The position numbers were made by a program, and so were the translations under genes. From an uncultured Halobacteria archaeon (GTDB lineage Bacteria; Pseudomonadota; Gammaproteobacteria; UBA9214), in assembly GCA_963768575.1 (NCBI GenBank), contig CAVYIJ010000001.1:9106-73105 (forward strand): 64,000 nt of DNA, written 5' to 3'. Shown here one piece after another: positions 38,498 through 48,614 of this stretch (its first letter is position 1; every line of letters starts with the position of its first letter). The notes below the pieces were generated by a model, which saw nothing but the letters and a program-made list of their open reading frames with translations, did no database searches and had not been told where the DNA came from.

Positions 38498-39241
38498 ATG
38501 CCGCTAACCAACGAAATTGCACTCGTGACCGGCGCCAGCCGCGGAATAGGCAAGGCTATTGCAACGGTATTGGGTCGCAAGGGCGCGACCGTAATCGGCA
38601 CCGCGACTTCGAGTAAAGGCGCTGAAACCATTTCCGCGACTCTGGCAGATGCGGGCATCGAGGGTGCGGGCGAGGTCCTGGATGTAACCGATCCGGATTC
38701 AATTGCGGCGCTGCTGAAGTCCGTGCAGGACCGGTTCGGTGCGCCGACGGTGCTGGTCAATAATGCCGGTATTACGCGTGACAACCTGATGATGCGTATG
38801 AAGGACGAGGAGTGGAATGAAGTTATCGAGACCAACCTGACATCCGCGTTTCGCATGAGCAAGGCCTGTCTGCGCGGCATGATGAAAGCCAGGCACGGCC
38901 GCATTATCATGATCTCGTCGGTGATTGGCGCGACCGGTAATCCCGGCCAGGCGAACTATGCAGCGACCAAGGCGGGCGTGATCGGCTTTGCCAAGTCGCT
39001 GGCCCGTGAAATCGGCTCGCGCGGCATTACCGTGAACGCAGTCGCACCCGGGTTTATCGATACCGACATGACGCGTGCCCTGCCCGAAGAACAACGCGAC
39101 GCATTGCTCGGACAAATTGCACTGGGCCGTCTGGGTGAGGTGGAGGATATCGCCAATGCGGTAGCCTTCCTCGCATCTGCCGATGCGGCCTACATCACCG
39201 GTGAAACCATTCATGTCAACGGTGGCATGTACATGGGCTAG
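38498..39241 (+). CDS. fabG: 3-oxoacyl-ACP reductase
   Basis: TGASRGIG Rossmann motif, YxxxK; 247 aa. Confidence 0.9.
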   Translation: MPLTNEIALVTGASRGIGKAIATVLGRKGATVIGTATSSKGAETISATLADAGIEGAGEVLDVTDPDSIAALLKSVQDRFGAPTVLVNNAGITRDNLMMRMKDEEWNEVIETNLTSAFRMSKACLRGMMKARHGRIIMISSVIGATGNPGQANYAATKAGVIGFAKSLAREIGSRGITVNAVAPGFIDTDMTRALPEEQRDALLGQIALGRLGEVEDIANAVAFLASADAAYITGETIHVNGGMYMG

Positions 39242-39570
39242 TGATGGTGCGGGTAACGGGGGCGCATCGAAAAAGGCAGGGCAGTCACCCCTTTTGTACA
39301 TCCAGGGCGGGGACTGCCTGCCGGGGTTATTCGTCGATCGGGCTGCCGGGCTGCATGGGCAACACTGCCCCCGCCAATTAAACATCCATAACGCATTGTT
39401 ATTGAAGGCTATAATATTTTATCGGGCCGGCCGGGCATGGATGAGCGCCGCCATGCGTGGCGTTGCAGTTGCCACTGTCCGGGCCGTGACTTGTAACTTG
39501 TCAGTAGCATTCACTACAATACCGTCGCAGCCACGGCTGCCATCCATTGAACCGAGAGGAAATTCCCGAA

Positions 39571-39808
39571 ATGAGCAATATTGATGAGCGCGTCAAGAAG
39601 GTTGTTGTTGAGCAGTTGGGGGTGAAGGAAGACGAAGTCAACAACAGTGCTTCTTTTGTTGACGACCTTGGCGCAGATTCGCTTGATACGGTTGAACTGG
39701 TTATGGCGCTCGAAGAGGAATTCGAATGTGAAATTCCTGACGAAGAAGCTGAAAAGATTACGACCGTCCAGCAGGCAATCGACTACGTTAACGCCAACCA
39801 GGGATAAT
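39571..39808 (+). CDS. acpP: Acyl carrier protein
   Basis: [12 protein letters not shown]...[19 protein letters not shown] (phosphopantetheine Ser in DSLD). Confidence 0.9.
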
Positions 39809-39912
39809 CTTTTTCCTCAAGTATCCCGGCCGCGCCTTAATTCACTAATGGTGCGGCCTTTTAATATGTTGGTAATATCCGATCTGATCTGGCCACTGGC
39901 AGGAGTAGTGCG

Positions 39913-41151
39913 TTGGCGAAAAGGCGTGTTGTCGTAACCGGGCTGGGCATTATTTCGCCAGTCGGTAACAGCGTGGCGGCAGCCTGGGAAAATATCCTGG
40001 CCGGTAACAGCGGTATCGGTCCAATCACCAATTTCGATGTCGCGGATTTCCCGGTCCGTTTCGGCGGTGAAATCCGGAATTTCGATGCTACGCAGTACAT
40101 TCCCGCAAAGGATGCACGCCGAATGGGCGAGTTTATCCACTATGGCATTGCGGCGGCCAATGACGCGATCAGTGATTCGGGTATCGAGATCACCGGGGCC
40201 AATGCTGCCCGTGCCGGTATTGCCATCGGTTCGGGTATTGGCGGGCTGCATGGTATCGAGGAAGCCTACCAGGCCTGGCTGGACGGTGGCCCGCGCAAGA
40301 TCTCGCCGTTTTTTGTGCCCGGCAACATCATCAACATGATTGCAGGCAACCTCTCGATCGTGCACGGCATGAAAGGGCCGAATATCGCCGTTGTCACGGC
40401 ATGCACCACGTCGACGCACAATATCGGTATTGCGGCACGCACCATCGCCTACGATGATGCGGACATCATGGTGGCCGGTGGCGCGGAAATGACAACCTGC
40501 CCGACCGGCATCGGCGGCTTTGCCGCTGCGCGTGCATTGTCCACGCGTAATGACGACCCGGCCGCGGCCAGCCGTCCCTGGGACAAGGACCGTGACGGGT
40601 TCGTGCTGAGTGACGGTGCCGGTATCCTGGTGCTGGAGGAATACGAGACGGCACGCAAGCGCGGCGCTGACATTTATTGCGAGATTACCGGTTTTGGCAT
40701 GAGCGGTGACGCCTACCACATGACCCAGCCCTCGGTGGGTGGCGAGGGCCCGGCACAGTGCATGGACGCTGCGCTGAGGGATGCCGGCATCGATCATGCG
40801 GACGTCGATTATATCAATGCACACGGGACTTCAACTCCGGCGGGTGATGTGGCCGAGACGCTGGCGATCAAGCGATCGTTTGCCGATCATGCCGGCAAGG
40901 TCGCAATCAGCTCGACCAAGTCCATGACGGGCCACTTGCTGGGCGCGGCCGGCGGCGTGGAGGCCGTGTTTACCGTGCTTGCCCTGCGTGACCAGAAGGC
41001 ACCCGCTACCATTAATCTCGATAACCCGGATCCCGAGTGTGATCTGGACTATGTGCCGAATATTTCACGTGACATGAAGATCGATACGGCAATATCGAAT
41101 TCATTCGGCTTCGGTGGCACTAACGGTACGCTGGTCTTCAGGCGGCTGTAG
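39913..41151 (+). CDS. fabF: 3-oxoacyl-ACP synthase II
   Basis: KRRVVVTGLG..., active-site CTTSTH; 412 aa. Confidence 0.9.
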   Translation: MAKRRVVVTGLGIISPVGNSVAAAWENILAGNSGIGPITNFDVADFPVRFGGEIRNFDATQYIPAKDARRMGEFIHYGIAAANDAISDSGIEITGANAARAGIAIGSGIGGLHGIEEAYQAWLDGGPRKISPFFVPGNIINMIAGNLSIVHGMKGPNIAVVTACTTSTHNIGIAARTIAYDDADIMVAGGAEMTTCPTGIGGFAAARALSTRNDDPAAASRPWDKDRDGFVLSDGAGILVLEEYETARKRGADIYCEITGFGMSGDAYHMTQPSVGGEGPAQCMDAALRDAGIDHADVDYINAHGTSTPAGDVAETLAIKRSFADHAGKVAISSTKSMTGHLLGAAGGVEAVFTVLALRDQKAPATINLDNPDPECDLDYVPNISRDMKIDTAISNSFGFGGTNGTLVFRRL

Positions 41152-41175
41152 GCTGGACGTGCCGGCTGACAAAGC

Positions 41176-41243
41176 GTAGGAGCGCCTTGCAGGCGCGAAC
41201 AGATTCAGTACTGGATTCAATCGCGCCTGCAAGGCGCTCCTAC
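41176..41243. terminator. Long near-perfect palindrome downstream of fabF (23-bp stem; REP-like, likely terminator)
   Basis: GTAGGAGCGCCTTGCAGGCGCGA ...22 nt... TCGCGCCTGCAAGGCGCTCCTAC. Confidence 0.6.
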
Positions 41244-41257
41244 AGGTCTTCTCGAAC

Positions 41258-42613
41258 ATGGCCGCGATAGTCAGGGAATGCAGACAGGCGATTGAGTTGC
41301 TGGCACTCCACCGCGCAAATCCCGCACGCTACCCGCATCTGTTGCAAAGCGTGGCGCTTGGCCGCCATGACATCCTGTTCGCCTGTCCCGGCGACAGCCT
41401 GGTACTGCAGCAGGATATCCTGCTGCAGCCTGATGGCAGGCGCGTACCGGATGGTGATTTTCTGGATGGACTGGATGCCTGGTGGCAGCGGTCCTCAACA
41501 AGGTCTGCCGACAGCAGCTTGCCGTTCAGCGGCGGCTGGTTCGTTTATCTCGGTTATGAACTGGCTGCCCAGATTGAACCAACCCTGCAGCTCGAATATA
41601 CAGACCCGTATCTGCCGGTTGCTTTCGCAACCCGTTTCGCCACCGCTGTTGTCCACGATCGTGACAGCGACACTGTATTTATCGCCGGTGAACCGGGTAC
41701 CGAAGACGATATAGCCGTTATCGAGGCGGATATTGCCAGGCTGTCAGAAACAGGCGCACCGGTAAAACAGACTGTGCGCGCCACCCGTATTGCAGAGCAG
41801 CCTGACAGCGACTACCTGCAGGCGGTTGCACGTATCAAGGACTATATCGTTGAAGGTGATGTGTTCCAGGTCAACCTGTCCAGGGAGTGGAATATCCGGC
41901 TTGCGGACCGGGCTGACGCGGCTGCACTGTACAGCAATCTGTGCTGGCACAACCCGGCGCCGTTCAGCGGCCTCGCGAACTGGCAGGACGCGGCCATAAT
42001 CAGTTCATCGCCCGAACGGCTGGTCAGCGTGCGGGCGGGTATTGTCGAGACGCGGCCCATTGCAGGCACGCGCCCGAGGAGCAACACGCTTGCGCGTGAT
42101 GAGGAATTTTCGGCGGAATTGATGTCGCATCCCAAGGAACGTGCCGAGCACATCATGTTGATCGACCTCGAGCGCAACGACCTCGGGCGATTGTGCGTGC
42201 CGGGCAGTATCGAGGTGAACGAGTTCATGAAGCTCGAGTCCTATGCGCACGTGCACCACATCGTTTCCAACGTGCGCGGGCGGTTGCGGGAATCGATGAC
42301 ACCGGGTGCGGTACTCCGCGCGGTATTTCCGGGTGGTACCATTACCGGGTGCCCAAAGGTGCGTTGCATGGAAATTATCGCCGAACTGGAACAGGCGGCG
42401 CGCGGGGCCTATACCGGTTCCATGGGATATCTCAATTGTGACGGCAGTATGGATATGAATATCCTGATACGCACCATGGTCAGTCAGGGCGACAGGCTGG
42501 TGCTGCGTGCAGGTGCCGGTATCGTCGCCGACTCGGTGGCGGATGCGGAACTGGAAGAGACACGCGCCAAGGCGCGCGGCTTGTTAAGGTCGCTCGGGAT
42601 CGAGAGCGCATGA
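41258..42613 (+). CDS. pabB: Aminodeoxychorismate synthase component I (chorismate-binding enzyme, PabB-like)
   Basis: 451 aa; chorismate-binding C-terminal region PGGTITGCPK, SMGY; stop overlaps pabC start. Confidence 0.75.
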   Translation: MAAIVRECRQAIELLALHRANPARYPHLLQSVALGRHDILFACPGDSLVLQQDILLQPDGRRVPDGDFLDGLDAWWQRSSTRSADSSLPFSGGWFVYLGYELAAQIEPTLQLEYTDPYLPVAFATRFATAVVHDRDSDTVFIAGEPGTEDDIAVIEADIARLSETGAPVKQTVRATRIAEQPDSDYLQAVARIKDYIVEGDVFQVNLSREWNIRLADRADAAALYSNLCWHNPAPFSGLANWQDAAIISSSPERLVSVRAGIVETRPIAGTRPRSNTLARDEEFSAELMSHPKERAEHIMLIDLERNDLGRLCVPGSIEVNEFMKLESYAHVHHIVSNVRGRLRESMTPGAVLRAVFPGGTITGCPKVRCMEIIAELEQAARGAYTGSMGYLNCDGSMDMNILIRTMVSQGDRLVLRAGAGIVADSVADAELEETRAKARGLLRSLGIESA

Positions 42614-43465
42614 GCAGTCAGGCGCTGAAGGTCCTTGTGAACGGGCGCGCAACGGATTGTGTGCCGGGCACGGACCGCGGCCTGCTGTTCGGCGATGGCG
42701 TATTTGAAACGATCGCCCTTGCGGACGGTAAACCGCGTTACTGGGGCAGGCACATGGCACGCCTGCAAACAGGCTGCCACCGGCTAGGCATCGCGCAGGC
42801 CGACGAACAGCAGCTGCTACAGGACGTACATTCACTGGTGCGTGATGTGGAGAAAAGTGCGCGGCATGTCGTCAAGATTATCATCACGCGCGGACCGGGC
42901 GCTCGTGGTTACCGCCCGGACCCGGCTGCAAAGCCGACCCGTATCGTGCAATTGCATCCATGGCCCGGTTTACCAGGCGGGCGAGGAGGGCGTCCGCGCA
43001 ACGCTATGTTCGCTGCGTCTCGGTCATAACCCCTTGCTGGCCGGCATCAAGCACCTCAACCGGCTGGAGCAGGTCATGGCTCGCTCGGAGTGGGATAATG
43101 CGGATATTCGCGAGGGCCTGTTGCTGGACCAGGCCGGGCATATTATTGAAGGGACCATGAGCAACCTGTTTCTCGTTTTCAAAGGCGACCTGGTGACGCC
43201 GGACCTGTCGCGCTGTGGCGTGGCCGGCATTATGCGTGACATTGTGCTGCATGTCGCAGAGCAACAGGGCCTGTCGGTGAGTGTGCGCGACGTCAGCAAG
43301 GCTGAATTGTTTCAGGCCGATGAATTGTTCGTATGTAACAGCCTCATTGGCATCTGGCCGGTTGTATCACTGGACAGTAACCGCTATCCGCGAGGGCCGG
43401 TAACGACCGGGCTGCAATCGTTACTGGTTGATCATGACGATAACAGTCATAGCTGGCGATCATGA
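42610..43465 (+). pseudogene. pabC: Aminodeoxychorismate lyase (class IV aminotransferase fold) interrupted by a +1 frameshift near 42961-42972
   Basis: Frame 1 reads ...KIIITRGPGARGYRPDPAAKPTRIVQLHPWP then terminates. Frame 2 resumes ...VYQAGEEGVRATLCSLRLGHNPLLAGIKHLNRLEQV... through to the C-terminus. The switch is at TGGCCCGGTTTAC. Confidence 0.7.
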
Positions 43466-43477
43466 CAGACACTGACC

Positions 43478-44548
43478 ATGACTGAGAAGCAAACAAGCAC
43501 AACACCCGGGCGTATCCTGGTCCGCCTGTTGATTATCTTCGGCGTGCTGGGAGTGGTCGCTGCCGCGTATTTGCTGGTGTCGTATCAAAGGTTCCAGCAC
43601 GCAGCTGTGACCCTGGCGGGAGAAACCCGGGTGGTCATCGTTCCCGCCGGCTCCTCACTGCTGCAACTGGCGCAAGATCTGCATGACCAGGGCATTATCG
43701 GGCAGCCACGATTTTTCGTCATGCTCGGGCGCGAACTGGATGCCGCGCATCGCCTGCAGGCCGGAGAGTACACGCTGCGCAAGGGCATGTCGCCACGAGA
43801 CGTACTGGCGCTCATGACGGATGGCAAGGTGGTGCAGCATGGCCTGACGCTGATAGAAGGGCATACCTTCCACGAAATGCTGGCACGCATTCGCGCACAC
43901 CCGGTGATCGGCAAGACGCTTGATGGTATGGATGATGCGGCAATCATGGAAAAACTGGGCCATGCCGGTGAGCACCCCGAGGGACGTTTTCTCGCCGATA
44001 CTTACCATTTCCCGCGTGAGACGACGGACGTGGAGTTCCTGCGGCGCGTCTACCGGGCGATGGAACAGCAACTGGCGCGTGCATGGGAGGCGCGTGCAGA
44101 GGGCCTGCCGTTTGCCGACCCTTATGAAGCACTGATTCTTGCCTCGATCGTGGAGAAAGAAACGGGCAGGGCGGACGAACGACCGCTGATTGCCGGTGTA
44201 TTTGTCCGTCGACTGCAAAAAGGGATGCGTCTGCAGACCGATCCGACGGTTATTTACGGTTTGGGCGAAGCTTTCGACGGAAATCTGCGCCGAAGCGACC
44301 TGTTAAAGGATACGCCGTACAATACCTATACAAGGCACGGGTTGCCGCCGACACCCATCGCGATGCCCGGTGTGGCTGCCATACAGGCAGTGATGCACCC
44401 GGCCGGTGGCGACAGTCTGTATTTCGTGTCGCGGGGTGATGGCAGTCATTATTTTTCGAGCACACTGAAAGAACACGAGCGCGCCGTGGATAAATTTCAG
44501 CGGGGAAAAAAAGGTATCACATTGCCGCAGGAGAAACGGGGGCCGTGA
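43478..44548 (+). CDS. mltG: Endolytic murein transglycosylase MltG (YceG)
   Basis: N-terminal TM, YceG domain; conserved position before tmk. Confidence 0.85.
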   Translation: MTEKQTSTTPGRILVRLLIIFGVLGVVAAAYLLVSYQRFQHAAVTLAGETRVVIVPAGSSLLQLAQDLHDQGIIGQPRFFVMLGRELDAAHRLQAGEYTLRKGMSPRDVLALMTDGKVVQHGLTLIEGHTFHEMLARIRAHPVIGKTLDGMDDAAIMEKLGHAGEHPEGRFLADTYHFPRETTDVEFLRRVYRAMEQQLARAWEARAEGLPFADPYEALILASIVEKETGRADERPLIAGVFVRRLQKGMRLQTDPTVIYGLGEAFDGNLRRSDLLKDTPYNTYTRHGLPPTPIAMPGVAAIQAVMHPAGGDSLYFVSRGDGSHYFSSTLKEHERAVDKFQRGKKGITLPQEKRGP

Positions 44549-45162
44549 GCGGAAAGTTCATTACCGTCGAAGGGATAGAGGGCGTCGGCAAGACCACCAA
44601 CATCGAGTTCATCCGGCGCCAGTTGCAGGCTGCGGGGCGGGATGTGGTGGATACTCGTGAACCTGGCGGTACGCCACTGGGTGAGGCGATTCGTGGCCTG
44701 TTGCTGGACCCGCACTACACCGGCATGGATTCGACCTGCGAACTGGCGCTGATGTTTGCAGCACGCGCCGAGCATCTTGCGCGCATCATTCGGCCGGCGC
44801 TGGAGCAGGGCCAGTGGGTGCTGTGTGACCGCTTTACCGATGCCACCTATGCCTACCAGGGTGGCGGCAGGGGAATTGATACCGGAATCATCGCCAGGCT
44901 TGAAGCGCTGGTGCAGGGCGATTTTCGTCCCGACCTGACACTGCTGCTGGATGTGCCGGTCGAGGTCGGCCTGGCGCGCGCCGGCAACCGCAGCGACCCG
45001 GACCGCTTTGAGCGGGAACAGGTTGATTTTTTCGAGCGTGTGCGGCGCGCCTATCTCGAGATGGCCGGTGCGGAACCGGGGCGCTACCGGGTGATCGATG
45101 CAGCTCAGCCCCTGGACAACGTTCAGCAGCAACTCACGGCCGTACTTGCGGAAATGGTCTGA
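44545..45162 (+). CDS. tmk: Thymidylate kinase
   Basis: [15 protein letters not shown]-loop; DRF motif. Confidence 0.9.
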   Translation: MSGKFITVEGIEGVGKTTNIEFIRRQLQAAGRDVVDTREPGGTPLGEAIRGLLLDPHYTGMDSTCELALMFAARAEHLARIIRPALEQGQWVLCDRFTDATYAYQGGGRGIDTGIIARLEALVQGDFRPDLTLLLDVPVEVGLARAGNRSDPDRFEREQVDFFERVRRAYLEMAGAEPGRYRVIDAAQPLDNVQQQLTAVLAEMV

Positions 45163-45352
45163 AACGGTGCGCTGGATGTTAAATCCACGACAGGGAATTA
45201 AATCGGCCCTCTATACGTCTTAGACAGGAGGGAGTGCAGATCAGGCATTTCCACAGCGACTGTGTGATTTTGATAATCCCCGGACGCGGCTAACGATCAT
45301 CTCTGTGTATAGAGATTCGGGATGGTTAACTTCTTTTTTCAGGAGGACAGAA

Positions 45353-45832
45353 ATGAAAACAATGAAATTGTGGGTGTCGCTGCTGGCCGCTGTTGCCTTG
45401 CTGACCGGCATGAATGCAATGGCGGGCGACCGGTACGGGAAACAGAAAGTGGTTTACCATATCAACTATGACGACCCGAATGCCCAGGCTGGCGCATTGA
45501 GGAATATCCAGAACCATATCAATGCAGTCGGCGCAGAGAACCTGGACCTGAAGGTGGTCATGCACGGCAAGGGGCTGACCATGTTGCTGACACCGGATGC
45601 TGCCGAGCGTACCAAGCTCAAGAAGGGCAATGCGACCGATGAGATACAGGCAAAAATAACCGGTCTCAAGGACCAGGGTGTCGGTTTTGAGGTCTGTTCA
45701 AATACACTGAAGGGAAAGAAAGTCGACTACATGCACGATCTGTACGACGTGGATGATGCCGATATCGTACCCAGCGGGGTCGCCGAGGTTGCGCGTCTGC
45801 AGGCAATGGGCTATGCGTACATCAAGCCCTGA
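45353..45832 (+). CDS. Secreted DsrE/DsrF/YchN-like (sulfur-relay fold) protein
   Basis: AGGAGG 6 nt before ATG 45353; signal peptide MKTMKLWVSLLAAVALLTGMNAMA; KVVYHINYDDP...VVMHGKGLTMLL...FEVCSNTL. Confidence 0.65.
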   Translation: MKTMKLWVSLLAAVALLTGMNAMAGDRYGKQKVVYHINYDDPNAQAGALRNIQNHINAVGAENLDLKVVMHGKGLTMLLTPDAAERTKLKKGNATDEIQAKITGLKDQGVGFEVCSNTLKGKKVDYMHDLYDVDDADIVPSGVAEVARLQAMGYAYIKP

Positions 45833-45850
45833 GCAAACATGCAGAGCATA

Positions 45851-45880
45851 AAAAAACCGGCCAGTCGGCCGGTTTTTTTT
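45851..45880. terminator. Bidirectional rho-independent terminator
   Basis: AAAAAA-CCGGCC-AGTC-GGCCGG-TTTTTTTT between convergent genes. Confidence 0.8.
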
Positions 45881-45903
45881 AGTCCTGTATCGCTCAGACT
45901 CGA

Positions 45904-46266
45904 ATATACACCCAGCCCTGCTGCATGCGGTCGACAATTTCCTCGAGTGCGCCGGGTATGACACGGGCCTCCGGCAGCAGGTGAACGTCGATGCCGCGCA
46001 AATGCAGCTTCTCGATCGTGCGGCTGCAGGCCAGGAAGCTGATGTTGTTGAACTGTTGTGCCAGGCGCTTGATGCGATCCGGGTAAGGCGACGTATCGGC
46101 ACGCAGCAGTGCGAGTCCATCCGCGTTGGCGACGACTTCCAGCTGTACCTGCTCCGGGTGGTCTTTATAGCTGCCGAGCAGCTCCTCGGCATCAGACAGC
46201 GCCTGGTCAAGGCGCTGTTCCTCGGCGCTGCTGATATGGATGACGACCCGTTTCAGTTCCGGCCTG
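45904..46266 (-). pseudogene. DsrE/YchN-like domain ORF lacking a canonical start. It probably was the periplasmic C-terminal domain of the adjacent anti-sigma factor and is now separated by a 1-nt frameshift near 46264-46276.
   Basis: Translation reads ...ELKRVVIHISSAEEQRLD...VQLEVVANADGLALL...ISFLACSRTIEKL...VYIRV*. No ATG/GTG/TTG start gives a product of 60 aa or more. It overlaps the anti-sigma stop (46207) by 60 nt in a different frame. The paralogous gene 47223-48063 has exactly this fused architecture. Confidence 0.5.
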
Positions 46267-46623
46267 ATTGCCGCCGTATTCGTCCAGTACGCTACTGCCT
46301 GATGATGGCGTGTCTGCCTTGTGCGACTGCAGCGATGTGCCGGTCAGGGTGCCGAGCGCGAAGATCAGTACGGCCGCGGCAGCCCTGGCCGGGGAGCGTG
46401 CCCACCAGCCGTGATTCCAGCGTAACTGTTGGGGAACTGGCTGCTCGATCTCGCGATAGGCCAGGCGCAGGGAGTCCTTGATCTGCAGCAGTTCGCAAAC
46501 GCGGCAGGCCAGTTCGTCATCCTGGCGCACGGCTTCCATGATCTCGGTGCGTTCGGCGACGTCGATTTCGTCATCGACAAATGCCTGCAGTTGCTCGTCG
46601 GAATAGCTGTCGCGGGTGCTCAT
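46207..46623 (-). CDS. Membrane-anchored anti-sigma factor (N-terminal anti-sigma domain, one TM, short periplasmic tail as currently framed)
   Basis: EQLQAFVDDEIDVAERTEIMEAV...CRVCELL; TM AAAVLIFALGTLTG; start overlaps the upstream ECF sigma stop. Confidence 0.7.
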   Translation of the reverse strand: MSTRDSYSDEQLQAFVDDEIDVAERTEIMEAVRQDDELACRVCELLQIKDSLRLAYREIEQPVPQQLRWNHGWWARSPARAAAAVLIFALGTLTGTSLQSHKADTPSSGSSVLDEYGGNQAGTETGRHPYQQRRGTAP

Positions 46624-47192
46624 TTGATTCTCCGTAATTTGGCGCGTACCAGGTCATGGCGCGGATCGAATTCCGCCAGTGCTGTTTTCAGCGCCTTTCG
46701 GGCGCGACAGATGCGGCTCATGACTGTACCGATCGGTATATCGAGGATCTCGGCGATTTCCGCATAGGAAAAGCCGGCCAGGTCGACCAGCGTGATGACC
46801 TGGCGCTGACCGTCCGGCAGTTGTGCGATCATTTGCCGCACCCGGTCAACGATGTCCTGGCGTTCGTTGCCATCCTCTGTCCATGGCTGACTTTCCGCGG
46901 GCAGGTTATCGATGTCGGCCATGTTGCGGTTGCTGCGCAGGTGATCGTACCAGCAGTTTGCGAGAATGCGTGTCAGCCAGGACTTGATGGCCTTGGTATT
47001 GTGCAACTGCTTGGCATTACGCAACGCCTTGACCATCGTGTCCTGCACCAGGTCATCGGCCAGTGCCGGCTGGTGACACCAGGAATAGGCCAGCTGGTAC
47101 AGCATTTGACGTCGTTGTTCCAGCTCGTGGCGGATTAATCGTGTGTTTTTGAACATCAGCGCAGCCCGTGGTGAATTTAACAGTATAATCAT
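46620..47192 (-). CDS. ECF (RpoE-like) RNA polymerase sigma factor
   Basis: Region 2 LVQDTMVKALRN, region 4 SYAEIAEILDIPIGTVMSRICRAR; AAGGAAAG 7 nt before ATG 47192. Confidence 0.85.
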   Translation of the reverse strand: MIILLNSPRAALMFKNTRLIRHELEQRRQMLYQLAYSWCHQPALADDLVQDTMVKALRNAKQLHNTKAIKSWLTRILANCWYDHLRSNRNMADIDNLPAESQPWTEDGNERQDIVDRVRQMIAQLPDGQRQVITLVDLAGFSYAEIAEILDIPIGTVMSRICRARKALKTALAEFDPRHDLVRAKLRRIK

Positions 47193-47222
47193 AACTATAA
47201 CTTACTTTCCTTATTGATGTCT

Positions 47223-48063
47223 TTAATCAGGACGGTATGTATGCTGCCTTTTATAAGACGGTATGCAGGCGGAATTTATTCCCGCGGCGGCGGAGGCAAT
47301 TCGGCTGCGACTGGAGGTGGACCAGGCCTCGGGCAGGGATTCGACCTTGATGTACTTCCAGTTCCCGCTCTGCAAGCGGTTGACGATGTGGTCAAAGGCA
47401 GTGGAGTCGGTGCTGACGCCCTGAATGATGGCGGGTTCGATGCCTTTCTTGCGGAGCATGCTGATGGCATTGGCGCAGCCAATGAAATGCACATTGTCGT
47501 ATTTCGCGAGCATCTCGACCATCTGCTGTTTGAGTGGAGAGACATCCTCGCGCATGATGTCCAGGCCGCTGGCGTGTGCGACCACGTCGATCTGATACCC
47601 CTGCGACTGGTGTTCCTGCAGGAATTTTTCAGCATAGGTAATGGCGGCGGTAAATTGCTGCGGGTTTGACTCGCTGATGTGCAGAATCACGTTGTTCTTG
47701 TCTGACTGCAGCTGACCGGACGAGGCGAGTAACTGGCCGGTGACGCCCGGTTGTCCCTGAAAGTACATGTGGCCCAGCATGCCGGCGCCGAAACTGATGG
47801 CCAGTGCAGCGATCGAGGCGGCCAGCCTGGGCGAGAACGGGAGCCAGCGCCGGCGTTTCTGTTTTGTCCGGCTGGACGGGGGGGAGGCGTCGCCGAAGCC
47901 CAGCTTCATCAGGTCCCGGGAACGACGCAGGCGATAGATGCGCTCGACGCAGTTCGGGATCGGTTTCCATGGCCTGGATGATTGCCTCACGATTGCCGGC
48001 ATCCACTTCGCCGTCAACGAACGCGCCCAGGATCTGATCGTTAAAATTGTTTGTGTCTTTCAT
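47223..48063 (-). pseudogene. Anti-sigma factor with periplasmic DsrE/YchN-like C-terminal domain (fusion), interrupted by a 1-nt frameshift near 47941-47955
   Basis: Frame A reads MKDTNNFNDQILGAFVDGEVDAGNREAIIQAMETDPEL... and parallels the 46623 anti-sigma N-terminus. Frame B continues ...CVERIYRLRRSRDLMKLGF...TM...KNNVILHISESNPQQF...HFIGCANAI..., a DsrE-like domain. The switch is at GAACTGCGTCGAGCG. Confidence 0.6.
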
Positions 48064-48068
48064 AATCT

Positions 48069-48614
48069 TTACTTCACCAGATAAACAGGGTCTTTGCGGG
48101 CCGGTGCAACATTTGACTGGTTTTCCATCCGCGCCAGAAGGTGCTTGCGTGCCCGGTGCAAACGACTCATGACAGTACCTATCGGTATTTCAAGTGCCAT
48201 TGCAACTTCGCAGTAGGACATCTCCTCAAGGTTGACCAGCGAAATTACCTGTCGTTCAATGACCGGCAGTGTCGCAACGGCCTGGCGTACCCGCTTTACA
48301 ATATCCGACTGTTCACAGTCCTCGACCGGTCCCGTTGCCTCGCTGGGCAGTTGTTCATCCAGCTCCACATGGTTTTTCTTGCTGCGCAAATAACTGTTCC
48401 ACTGATTATTCAGGATACTGTACAACCATGCGAATAATCGTTTCTCATCCCGTAATTGGGCTCGTTTGGCAATGCCGGTGGACAGGGTTTCCTGCACCAG
48501 GTCATCGGCCAGCATCTCATCGCCGCACCAGGCGAGCGCCACCCGATACAAACGGTCGCGACTGTCCACGATCCGGCAAGTCAATGACTTCGCCGGACAA
48601 TAGGGTATTTTCAT
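48069..48614 (-). CDS. ECF sigma factor, paralog of 46620-47192
   Basis: AGGAGAG 6 nt before ATG 48614 (MKIPYCPAKSL...); region 4 SYCEVAMALEIPIGTVMSRLHRAR. Confidence 0.85.
   Translation of the reverse strand: MKIPYCPAKSLTCRIVDSRDRLYRVALAWCGDEMLADDLVQETLSTGIAKRAQLRDEKRLFAWLYSILNNQWNSYLRSKKNHVELDEQLPSEATGPVEDCEQSDIVKRVRQAVATLPVIERQVISLVNLEEMSYCEVAMALEIPIGTVMSRLHRARKHLLARMENQSNVAPARKDPVYLVK

Noticed and set aside
38176-40824. Minus-strand ORFs of 244, 228 and 335 aa
   Set aside because: They are antisense to fabD/fabG/fabF, whose plus-strand products carry the canonical active-site motifs.
45698-46210. 170-aa minus-strand ORF in the track
   Set aside because: Its translation is Cys/Arg/Ser-rich nonsense. 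The real coding signal in this region is the DsrE-like reading frame (45904-46266), which lacks a start codon and so was missed by the ORF track.
47629-48063. 144-aa ORF treated as a stand-alone anti-sigma factor
   Set aside because: Only its first ~43 aa resemble an anti-sigma N-terminus. The remainder is Arg-rich out-of-frame read-through. The real product continues in the 47223-48017 frame, a frameshifted fusion.
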